This document shows, piece by piece, positions 12,205 through 23,265 of a DNA stretch of 64,000 nt. The DNA is from Hemiscyllium ocellatum. Lineage: Eukaryota. The DNA lies in contig NW_026867509.1 in assembly GCF_020745735.1 (NCBI RefSeq), positions 2,270,537 through 2,334,536 on the forward strand, read 5' to 3'. The position numbers and the translations under genes were made by a program. Within the stretch, counting starts at the first letter, position 1; each line of letters begins with the position of its first letter. The notes beneath the pieces were generated by a model. The model worked only from the letters and a program-made list of their open reading frames with translations, ran no database searches and had not been told where the DNA came from.

Positions 12205-13221
12205 TGACGGATCTCACTTGATAGTGCCAGTGACCTATACAATCCGATTCTGCACCTCTCTAAACGGGAGTATTTCCCTGATCCGGCAATACATGTTGTT
12301 GGTATCTGTTAGCTAAGGGATATCTCCAATGTGTTCAAGGCCAGAAATGAGATTGCCATGGCCTGAGAGTTGCTTATCCCTGCCATTGGCATTAGCAAGA
12401 ATACTGAGTAGATTAATTATATCCATTACAATCAGAAGAGATTTATTAATTTCATGATGATGCCCTCTCTGCATTGTGTGAGCAATTGGATGTGACCAAT
12501 CGGATTGCGTGACGGATGAGGCAGGACTTGAACTGGTTGTTGGCTGAGAAAGGTGTGTTCTGTGTACTGACTGCGGAACATTGCTGTACCTTTATTCCCA
12601 TTAACGCTAACCTGGACGGATCTTTTAACAGGTGATGGGTAAGCTGTGGAATTTACGGGAGGTGCTTAAGAAGACTGCTAGTTATGGCCATCGGTCCTTC
12701 TACTGGTTGGATAGAATTTTGGGCGGATGGGAGAGGGGAACTTAAGACTGGAATCGTTGAGGGTTTTGTGGTGCATGTTGTTGCCTTTGTGTTTTGCTGC
12801 GCTCGACCTCATATTAATTCTTTGTTAGTGTGCCTTGCTGCGCAACAATTTCCTGTTATTCCAGTGTACTCTCGTCAGGCCCCCTCTTCTACTGCAGCTT
12901 CGCCACTCTACTACAATGATCTGACGCCTGCTGTGGTGTTGAAGTCTTGTTCGGATGGACCGGTCTGACTTGCATGCGTTGTGTGCGCATATTGTTTGTG
13001 CAGGGTCTTTGGGGCATTTTGTTTCCTGTTCCATTTACTGTGCGACGCATTTTTGGCCTGTGACTCCAGATATGGAAGGAGATTCCTTTGAAACGTGGAC
13101 CTTGGAAATTATTATTTCCCATTTTTCGGTTCTGCCAATCGATATGACCTTTGTGCGTCCTGCCTCCTTGTATTATTTCTCTGTGTGAGGCCTATCGGTC
13201 TCAAAGGGGGAAATAACTGGA

Positions 13222-13609
13222 TGTTACTCTGCCAGTTATGTCACTAACCTAGTGTTGCAATGCATGCCCGAGATCATGTTACAAGGCTCCAATAACAGAT
13301 AATGGCAGTGCATTTTGATAGGCTAGTTAAATTACGGGCAGAAGAGCTCATGTTGAAGATGATGTGGGGTGATGTGATAGGTTAAGTGCAATGTAGGGAA
13401 CAGTGTGGCAGGCAATGAATAGTTTAGAAAGATCAAGCGAGACAGAATGACTTGTTATGCTAATGCTAGCTGATAAGCAGGGGAAGAACAGCTGTATAAA
13501 TTGCAGGAAAGAAAGAGCTTGTGGGGAGTCAGGGAAGACAATTTGCTGGATTAAAGTTTAATTTCGTGAGGGATTTTCTGCTTCTCCTGGCATTTTTTTT
13601 CATAGAACA
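13222..13609 (+). repeat. Putative ERV 3' LTR
   Basis: Follows purine tract AAAGGGGGAAA (13203-13213); TGTT...AACA termini; internal TATAAA and ATTAAA. Confidence 0.55.
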
Positions 13610-15899
13610 TTGAGTGATTCTTCCACAGCAAATTACAGAGAAGTCTTCCCTTTTTCGACTTCGGGTTCAGAATCTCAAAAGCTCGAAAGGTGGGGAGGAG
13701 TTTGCTATATGATAAATAAGTGAGACAACAGGTGAAATAGAAAACATTATCTTGATTAGGAATATTGTATCAAAACACTGTTAATTAGAGGCACTTTCAA
13801 TATAAGGGAACAGTAATAGGAACAATGTGATAGAAAAACATAATGTATGATCTCTTGCAGTTACCATTATGTTAGGGCGTGATCCATCCGACAACGTTAT
13901 TTTTAGTGATCAGCATTGACACCAATATTAGCAGCAACGCTTCCCTTTTTAAAAACAAAAAGGTATTCAGACATGGTCTATTGCAGTATGTGGTATGTAG
14001 TCTAAGAGGAACATAGCTATAACCTAGTGAAATTGAAACTGAAGCAACGCCAGGTGCAATACAGATGATAACATAGTCACATATTTATTTGTCATGAAAT
14101 AGAGCTGCACAGTAGTAACAGAGAAACGGTCTAGAAGCTTAGACTTAGAGCCACGAAATAGGGACATTTGTATTTTAGTCCAATTCGCCAATATCACTCG
14201 AAAGCATTGTGATACGTCATCCAGTGCAGAAAGAAATGAGAATTGAAAAAGTGAAATATACGCATACACATACTCAAGCTTAATGTACACTAAACTGACG
14301 TCGTTTAAAATATACAGCGTCCTGATCTACTGCATTGTATCACAGAATAGTAATTAGTTTTACAGGGAAAATCAATTACATGACCTTATTAGTACGTGGC
14401 GACCAAGGGTCTACAAGAGGAAAGTAAGGCATGGATTTGTGCACTGAGGACTAATAGGCCATACCATTGCATGAACATCCATGGGAGCTCATGTCATAAT
14501 AGTTTTTGCTTCGTGAATTGTTTTACAATAGTAGACAGGATTTTGTTCAGTTAGTGCTCCCATGGGACCTTCATATTTATGAAGAAGCTTCAGACCTGTA
14601 CGAAAATGATAAGAAATTACTGAAACAAAAGCGACAGAAACTAACACATGTCAAGGATGTAGGCACTAACGTAGAAAACAAGGGCCTAAACAAACACTAT
14701 TACATGGAGCACAAAGACTAGAGCAGTGATAATATCAATCGCCTCGTAATAATCAAATGCCACAATGGCAAATCATGAATTTGAAATCACCAAACAGCAG
14801 AATTAAAGCAATCACTGTTAAAACTCAAACATATTCTCGAATGTTGTTTAGATTAGGAAATCGGCCATTCGAAGTTCGTTTAATCAATGAGTGACTCCAG
14901 AAACACGAGCAGCACATTGGCTGTTAACCATTCTTGAAATGGCTTCATAAATCTTTTTATTAAATCCAATCAAACTAACAAAGGAATTGCAATTGGAAGA
15001 CTACTGATAACGAATGTTAACCCAGTCGACGAGAAACTCTTTGCCGCTACCTTTTGGAAGCTGGTGCCAATATCATGAAAGTTGTCCCAAAGACAAATCA
15101 AAGAACGGCCTGTCATAGTGAAACATATTGCATCATATTTACTAAAGAATGCCCCACATACCACCATTATCATCGTCTCTGGGTATGTTCCATTTGAGTG
15201 ATCAAAATAGAATTACTCAAAAACCCATGATCTTCCACGGCACAAGGGCAACGTAGCAAAGAGATTGTTTTTTGGCGACACACTTTCCTCTCATTTCTCT
15301 GAATGTTCATGTTGATGAATCCATGCTGAACAAGACTCTCAAGGCGAGATTTGAGGCGCAATGGCACAGAACGTATTCTTGGTGGTGTTACCAACATTAG
15401 TGTTTTAACATAGTAGTGCCCTCAGCCAAGCTATTCGATTTTATCCTCAACACTGACATTTATCTGAAAACCTGGAATACTGGCCAAATACGTTGCTTTG
15501 CGCAGAAATAAGTAGAAGACAAACTCAGCCAATTAATGTCCCAACAGTTCACTGTCTATCAACAGCAAAGTGTTGTATGAGTTTGTTGATAGTGCTATCA
15601 GGCTGCGTTTCCGCAGATCATTGATGTTCATCTTGTATCCCGGGAGGATCGTTCGCGTTCTAATTGCAGCCTTATTTCAAAATTGGAAACAGTATAGGAA
15701 CTCCATGTGAGAGAAGAGAATGACCGTCCGTGAACTGGAGGCCACATTTGAGTAACATGCCATTTATGATCCTAGTTAAAATTGAATTAATATGAATGAA
15801 GAGAACAACTCCCTACTATCTAACAAAAAGGAAGACAGCCTTCTCAGCTGTTGCAAAACAGCCTTCTCAGCTCAAGGACATATCTGCAGGATTTCTTCT

Positions 15900-16450
15900 G
15901 GATAATATTCCAGATCCATAAATCTTCATTGGCTTCAAAAATGATCTTCCCTCCAACATCTTGCCAAATGTTGGAAAATTAGATGATGATTGCACAATAT
16001 TCGGTAATATTCGCCACTCCTCCCACACTACAACATCTTCATGATGACGTGGAAAACCTGCAAAACATCAGATTTCTATGGTTAAGTGAAAGTAACATTC
16101 ATGCCAGCCAAGTTCCGTGCATTGAACATCTTACCAGAAAATGTTCGAAACGTTCCATCCAGAGGTTCAATGGCTTTACCACCGTTGAATCTCTGACTGA
16201 CAACAATTTGGGCATTATCATAAATAAGAAGCTGAACTTGCTTCACGATATTATTATTGCAGCTACAATAATAAATAAGAAGTTAGGGTGACTGCCCGAA
16301 GTACGTCATGCACTATCTCCTCAATGCCGACTAGAAGGTAGACGTCTGTAATATGATGCAATACTCCGCACTTATCTGGAACAGAGAAGTTCCAAAACGC
16401 CCCAACATGTTCGACAACATCCGTGGCAAAGCAACCTGATTTGCAGGCAT
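15900..16450 (+). mobile_element. Old, eroded LINE (CR1/L2-like) RT C-terminal relic
   Basis: LQHLHDDVENLQNIRFLWLSESNIHASQVPC resembles QxDLDxIxxWAxKWQVxFxxxKC. Confidence 0.5.
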
Positions 16451-17254
16451 TTCATCTTCCTCCTGCAAGTTTCACCAGCGTCATCCTATGGAGAGAAGTA
16501 TGCACCCTCCTCGAGGCACGCTGTGGTTAGTTACCAGTCCGCCAGAAATATTTTCAAATACACGACATCTGGCATCATAATGGATAAGTGTAGAAGATGC
16601 ATTGGAACACTCCCTACGTTTAGGATCCCCTTCACATGACTCGCCATTCTCTGGTCCTGGGTCCTCTTTGGGTTTGACATCTATATAACTGAGTTCGTTG
16701 CGAACACAGAAAATACTCTTTTTAATTTGGGGATGGCACAAAAAAAATCTGGTATGGTACACAGTGACAACTGGCATCTAATATGATAAACAGATATCGA
16801 GAATACTTCATGTTTATTTTTAAATATCCATGTTACTAATTCTCGGATCCAGATATCTAAATTAAGGGAAATTAGACCAGAACAGAAGAGAAAATATCGA
16901 ACAGCAAAGTTAAAGATCAACAGAAGTGAAGCCAATTGGATGTGTGGATGGAGGAGAAGGAGCAATATATTTACATGTCAGAAACATCCAAGTAGAAAAT
17001 CGAATGCTGGGAAATACATTAATAATAATTTCCATGGACAGAATAGTTAGAAACTATTGAAGGAGGATAGCAAGAAAAAATGTGAGCATGTGGTTCAGAT
17101 TTTAAAGAACGGGTTAAATCATAACTTAATGAAACATGAAGGAATTATGATTGCCCTTCCTTCGACGTCAATGCTTATGCAATCTAATAATCTCAAGAAC
17201 GTGTCCTGAAAATTTATCATCTGTTTTTGCCCATCCGCAAATTTCATAGAGATC

Positions 17255-17268
17255 CCACCAGAGGGCGC
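17255..17268 (+). promoter_or_regulatory. CTCF-binding motif
   Basis: CCACCAGAGGGCGC is a near-perfect CTCF core, ~1.4 kb upstream of the intact V leader. Confidence 0.6.
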
Positions 17269-17310
17269 TATACTCACACACACTGATGTCGTCCAAGTGT
17301 TTGCTTACTT

Positions 17311-17410
17311 GTTTATAGAAGACACAAAAGCATGTGGGATGGCACGTGTTGAAGGTGACTCAAAGAACTCACCACGCGCCGTCCCACATGCTTTTGTGTC
17401 ATCTATAAAC
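17311..17410. repeat. Isolated inverted repeat / hairpin (38-bp arms, 24-nt loop)
   Basis: Arm 17311-17348 matches the reverse complement of 17373-17410 at 35/38 positions. Confidence 0.9.
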
Positions 17411-18565
17411 TTGTCAGTAGTACGTTCACTTTAATCATATTTAGATGGTGTATTGACGTTTGTCTCTCGTCTTTCACTATCCTCATTGACATGAGGAACA
17501 TTTTATTGCAATGTTCAATTTTTTAAAGGATCAGTTGTCCTTCTAATGGTGCTGGTGGCAATAATCATGTTTATCACTAACAATGTGCGACAATATGATG
17601 GTGAGCAAAGGTTTGGACACATTATATCTATCATAGAAACATAAGTTACATTTGCGAAAATTGAAGATAAAGTTAAACAAGACTTTTGACAACGTAGAAT
17701 CTCTACAATACGGAAGCAGACCATGCAGCCTATTGAAACCAAACTGACCGATTGAAGAACATACATCCTATCTTATCCCATTCCATTAACCAAGCATTTC
17801 CCACGCTAGTCCCTATAGCTTGCACATCATTGAACTGTTTGCACAGACCTGGAGCACATCACGAGCGTGTAATCTTCACGAAGACCCTCACCTAAAGTTA
17901 GAATCGCATCTGCGACCCTAGTGCCGTGCGACAGGCCTACTAACCACCGACTTTCCATGCCAGCCAATGACGCTTGCCAGCAAATGCAGAGAAAGTAGCA
18001 TTCGATTCTACCTTTGCATAAATTGATTTTTTTTTCAATTTCTTTTTGTCTCTAGTTATTTTATTCCAAATGTCTCAGACCCAGAGGGCTTCCACATCGG
18101 TTTCAGGGAACTCTCATCGTCAGAGAGCAGCTCTGCGCACTGGGGATCTCCAGTTCTGATGGTCGAACAACATTAACAACTTTACTTCTTTTAGCGTTGC
18201 CTACAGAAATAATAAACGTTTTAGGACAACATGTGGTTTAAACTCTGTACATCACCGTGTTGCTAGGTGAACAAATTGACTTTTTTTTTAAAACAGATAA
18301 TAAAGAACTTACTGGATATCTGAAACAATAGCGAAAATAACTGGAGAAATTCAGACAGTCTGGCAATTCTGTGAAGAAAAATCAGAATCAACGTTTGAGT
18401 ACCAGAAGCCGTTTTTTTTAGAACTTTGCTCCTTTTTCACAACAGTTACGGCATGAAGCAGTCCTCACACGAGAGTTAAAATGGTCCAATTAAAGAATGA
18501 AGCAGCTCCAAGTTTCATGTCTGTCACGAGATGTCTTTGCCAATAATGAACCAATAAGCAGAGAT

Positions 18566-18573
18566 CCGGAAGT
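18566..18573 (+). promoter_or_regulatory. Ets motif in the V promoter region
   Basis: CCGGAAGT ~85 bp upstream of the leader ATG; motif match only. Confidence 0.3.
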
Positions 18574-18657
18574 TAGTCAATCATTTCACAACTCTTGAGG
18601 AAAACAATTTTAGTTTCGGCCAGTTCGGCTCATATTCAACGTGATAGCCCTACAAAC

Positions 18658-18712
18658 ATGTCGTCTGGAACTGTTTGTTTATTACTCACAGCTGCAACTC
18701 TTCTTTTAAATG
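18658..18712 (+). CDS. Leader exon of the intact TCR alpha/delta V gene
   Basis: ATG...MSSGTVCLLLTAATLLLN + G|GTATGT phase-1 donor; hydrophobic signal peptide, in frame with the V exon. Confidence 0.8.
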
Positions 18713-19179
18713 GTATGTTCAAAACTTGTGGAACTTTTACGCTTCAGGTCTTTGCCGGGATATACATTGATTTGAGCAGTTCGGGCAACAGTGAGGCAGA
18801 AACACATTCTCCACAGATGAAAATCACCTGCGTCTAAGATTTCCGAAAACTATGCAAAGCCTGGGAGAAATTAACGACTACGATTGGACAATGACAGGAG
18901 AACAGCTTGGCTGGGAATCCAGACAGGACTGAAGCGATTGAAATGACGTGACAAAGGAAGGACTTTTAAACTCACCGACTGTTTTCAATTATCCTCTCGG
19001 AAAGGGAATGGGAAATCATGTCGTTAATAGTGTGGCCTGTGTTTTAAATAAAAACATTTTATTTTATCTGTAAAAGTCCATAACAGTTCCAGTCGCTGAG
19101 TTGTATGAAATTGATCCTTTTCTAGTTTCCCTGCCTCTTCTTTCTCTGTTTACTTTTCAAGGTGAACGGGCTGATTCAA

Positions 19180-19563
19180 GGCTGAACAGGCTGTGGCTGT
19201 TTTCTCTGGAGCGTCGCGGGTTGAGGGGTGACCTTATAGAGGTTTATAAAATTATGAGGGGAATGGATAGGGTAAATAGACAAAGTATTTTCCCTGGGGT
19301 TGGGGAGTCCAGAAGTAGAAGGTATAGTTTTAGGGTAAGATATAAAAAACACCGAAGGGGCAACTTTTTTTACATAGAAGTGGTGGAGGCTGGTACATTT
19401 GCAACTGTTAAGAGGCATTTGGATGCGTATATTAATAGGAAGCTTTTAGAGGGATATGGGCTGGTTACTGGCAGGTGGGACCAGATTGGGTTGGGATATC
19501 TGTTCGGCATGGATTGGTAGGACCGAACGGTCTGTTCCCATGGTGTACATCTCCATGACTCTG
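19180..19563 (+). mobile_element. CR1/HER1 3' fragment inside the leader-V intron
   Basis: RLNRLWLFSLERRGLRGDLIEVYKIMRGMDRV is the CR1 ORF2 C-terminus, followed by the 3'UTR. Confidence 0.9.
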
Positions 19564-19606
19564 TGAAGGAATTTTTAAAATTTACTCTCACTACTGGTTC
19601 CTACAG

Positions 19607-19913
19607 GACTTTGTTGTGCAGATTCCGTCACGCAACGACCGGATGCAATCGCAGTGAATGAGGGGGATGATGTCCTGTTATTTTGTAATTACACAGCTAC
19701 AACAAGCAGCGATCCTACCCTGTTCTGGTACAGGCAGCATTCCAGCGGCTTCATGGAATTTCTCGTAAAGAGAAGCCAATATATCAGCACCGCAGACAGA
19801 CTTCCAGAAGACCGGATTTCCTCGAAGTTTGATCATGTGAACCGCACTATCCAGCTGAATGTGTTGAAAACAGAACTTACAGACTCCGCAGTGTATTACT
19901 GCGCACTGAGCCC
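19607..19913 (+). CDS. TRAV: Intact TCR alpha/delta variable (TRAV-like) exon
   Basis: Acceptor CTACAG|G. GLCCADSVTQRPDAIAVNEGDDVLLFCNYT...LFWYRQ...IQLNVLKTELTDSAVYYCALS; both canonical Cys and the Trp present, no stops. Alpha versus delta use cannot be decided from sequence. Confidence 0.92.
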
Positions 19914-19952
19914 CACAGAGACTCGGAACATGGCTGACCCCGTACAAAAACT
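19914..19952 (+). other. 23-RSS of the intact V
   Basis: CACAGAG + 23 nt + ACAAAAACT. Confidence 0.92.
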
Positions 19953-21309
19953 GTCAGACAGCAACTGCACATGATAGCACGTCAACGAAACAGTGAGAAT
20001 AGGGGCGGATCTGAAGTTGGATCCGAGTTCAGGGTGATAGCATATACCTCTCGTATGAACACCAAAATTTAACAGTTAGTAATCTAATGAAAATGGATTA
20101 ATACTGTTAGTTCAATGAATTACATACAAATAACTTGTTTTGTGCGTTTTGAGATGCCCAAAGGTGTTTCAATGTTTCAATGATGATGTGGTGTAGAAAA
20201 TGCAGCAACCAGTCGAGTTTAAACCGAATCCTCCAACGACATGGGGAATTGTAGGATTCGGTTGAGAGATAATAGCCTGCCATGTAATTGTAATAATCAC
20301 GCACTCGTGAAAATATAATGACATCAAAAGCACTGCGTGTTACTGAGTACTGCCGCTGTACGGCGTTTCTTCCAGCTCTAGAATGATGAAGGATCGCTTC
20401 AGTAATCCAGAATCATGCAGACTTGATTACTATGTCAATAAGAAAGCGGGATCTAATACACATCGGTAAACTATTACCTAATCAAAAATATATTTTGATG
20501 ACTGAGTAGTAAGTCCGAGCCGCCAGTGAAAGTTTTCGTCACTCTGCTGTTCGTCTGGATGGAAATTAACATTTTTCATCCTTCATGTAAAGGTTTCATT
20601 CTTTGCCAGCAGTTTTCTACTGCAAATTTAACTTACGTAAAGAACAACGGGGTTCCTCTTCTTCAGAGGACAATTGATATAAAACAGAAACCTATGTTGA
20701 AACTGAGTCACGAAAGAGACATTCTTGAATGTGGATGCTCGAATCGAGTTAAATCCGCTTCTGCAGATCACAGGTCGCACGTGGGACTTGGCACCCCTCA
20801 GGAGATAACACATTCTGCACAATTCTGAATAACTCTTTCGTTATAGGAGTGTTGAAACCTATTGATGGAAACCACGAATTGTCATGAGAGTTTATGACAG
20901 GCAGCTGCACGGAAAGTTTATAAGAGTGTTCAGTCTTTGTCTCAGTACGTCATTGTCCAGTGTTGCAAAACAACGTCTGACAACTCAGGACCACCAACAC
21001 TAATAATGTCTTAACTTCCTGTTGATTCAGTCAAGACGTTGAACCAACAGTTAGAGTCAGTCAGAGAACAGTGCAGAAACACCCCAATGGCCCAACATAT
21101 CCATACTACAGGATTATGAAAATATTTTTTGTAATTGAACCCTGCTGAACTCCCCTACAGGCAGTCTGTTCACTTTGCGCATTAACTTTGTTCATAGAAG
21201 TCATTTGCAATGCCGAACAGTTATGATGGCTATCAGAAAATAATTAGTTTGGAAATGCATGCCATGTTGTTAATGACTACTGTATGGATGTCTGCACGCA
21301 AGCTGAACA

Positions 21310-21680
21310 CACGATCAAAAGATTTACAAGGATGTGCTAGTGTTGGAAGGTTTGAGCTGTTGTGAGATGCCGAACAGGCTGGAGCTGTTTTCCCTGGAGG
21401 GTCGGAGGATGAGGGTTGATCTTATAGAGGTATATGAAATCATTGGGGCATTGATAGGCTGAATGGACAATTCATTTCAGTGATGTGAGGGACTACAAAA
21501 CTGTTGGATATAAGTTTAAGGTGAGAGTGAAAAGATTTAGAAGGGACCTAGAGTGCAACATTTTTAGGCATGGGCTGAATGTTCATAGAGTGCGTTGGAG
21601 TGCAATGAAGTTTTGGAGGCTGGTACAATTAAAACATTTTAAAGATAATTTGAATATGAATATGAAGCGCTATGAATGAT
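21310..21680 (+). mobile_element. CR1/HER1 3' fragment
   Basis: Same C-terminal ORF2 motifs (AGGCTGGAGCTGTTTTCCCTGGAG...GATCTTATAGAGGTATAT), eroded. Confidence 0.8.
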
Positions 21681-23124
21681 ATAGTCAATATGCTTTCAAG
21701 TGTTACTAGATTTTGTTTCGGTTTTCTAGTCGTCCAAGTCACTCTTTCCTTGCTGTATATCTCTCTGACTCTCTGACTCGAGGTTGTCGACTTTCTCTGA
21801 ACGTGGCGAAGAAAAATATAACTGGCTACCATCAGTAGCATGAAAGATAACGTTTACATATAAAGCAACGGAGGAATCATTCGTTTCGCATTTCAGCAAC
21901 CCTAGGGATTCAGAATTTATATTTATTTGAGTAAGGGAACCTATCATAATATTTCCAAATTTCTCTTCATTCCAAGAAGGTTTGAGTAACAAACAAGGAA
22001 TTATTGCTATTGCTCAAGAAAATGTTAAAAGCACATCAATGAGAAGTTCACGGTCATTTCCATACACTGGGCTTTAACTCTATATTATGAAAATTAGCAA
22101 TCAAACACCTCCAAATGGAATGATCGGTCCAAGAAGTCTAAACTCGAATCAGAGTAATTGGATTGCGACGCCAGTGATCTTGCCAAGATGCCATTGACAG
22201 CAAATCTCGTGAAGGTACATCTAAATGTGATTAGGAAGGGAGAGTCAGAAGTTTGACTTGTTTGCTGTGCAAGAGTCGTGCTGAGATTCAAACTCGAATA
22301 GTGTGCTTGCTTCGGCGTGGAAGTTGCAGTGTCTTGGTCTCCAGTAGTTTTGCTGTCTTTATGCTGAGTGGAGAGTTTGTGGGTTTAGAAAGTAATGCTG
22401 AAGGAGACATTGAGCAAATTTATTGACAGAGTATAAAAGAAAGCATCAGATTAACATGGAAGCTTGAAGTTCTGATAAGTAACGAAGTACTATGTACTTG
22501 CAAAGTAAGTATGAGAAGAACATTTCTTATTTGTATTTTACCACAGAGCCCACTTTCGTCTTCTGGTCGAATACATCAAACAAAAAAGTCTGTTCTCTCT
22601 TTTTGTATTAATTGAAAAGTGACACGGAAAGTTTGCATTATCGTGCTCAAGTCTACCAGGAACTGTTTGCTGTGTGTATTGGCTGCATGGAGTTGTCTTA
22701 ATCAGTAAGTTGCTGTTTTAAATGGGTTCTGCACCTGAGACGAGACGATATCATTGGATTGGTTTGTCTCTGTTTCCACCTTCTTTATTCAACCCATTAA
22801 ATTCATACTGAACGGTCACTAACTTATTAAACAAGTAGATGCGGTTTTGATTGTTTCTTGTTCTGTACCTCCTTCTTCAACAGTTTTTTGAGAAAAAAAA
22901 ATCTCTTTTGCGCCTTAATCTCTCTACATGTATTTTTCAATTTTTTCATTTAACTTTCTGAGTTAACAATGATTGGTTTATATTCTTAGTAGTATCATTC
23001 TTCGTCACTGATATATCTTTGTTGTCAGTCATGAACTGTTGTCTTCTGTTGCTTTTAATTACATTATTCCATCTATTCTTATTCTTTTGCATGGACAACT
23101 TGGAACAGTTACGAATGTGACGAA

Positions 23125-23265
23125 GAGAGTGGTGCTTGGAAAGCACAGACGGTCAGGCAGTACTGGAGCAGTAGGAGAACCGACATTTCAAGCAGAAGCC
23201 CTTCAGCATTTTCTTGCTCCTCGGATGTTGTCTGATAGGCTGTGCTTTTCCAACAACACACTCCT
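23125..23265. repeat. Degenerate Penelope-LTR-derived palindromic repeat
   Basis: Similar to the 62939-63115 palindrome, with a central deletion. Confidence 0.6.

Larger units (their letters stand above)
8170..13609 (+). mobile_element. Degenerate epsilon-like endogenous retrovirus (gag-pro-RNaseH-IN-env-3'LTR; RT apparently deleted)
   Basis: gag KLEDVVCL..EFRDHV; broken zinc knuckle CLGYSQPDHFRRNC (~9374-9418); protease MIGTGA and PINLLGWD; RNase H C-terminus KYQGH..AADEVAR; integrase PFKHLVID, VINRFSRWVEA, SDNGSAF, YHSQSQ..VER; env LNWLLAEKGVFCVLTAEHCC. Confidence 0.85.

Noticed and set aside
14108-14146. CACAGTA heptamer-like site
   Set aside because: No nonamer at 12 or 23 spacing, and the upstream W-to-C spacing is too short for a V domain.
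21629-21992. TRBV-like phrases (LLKCETNDSSVALY, QLYFSS..KVDN)
   Set aside because: No WYxQ, YYC, RSS or splice support; likely chance.
22303-22316. GTGCTTGCTTCGGC resembling the U6 snRNA 5' end
   Set aside because: Only 14 nt with a mismatch; the rest of U6 is absent.
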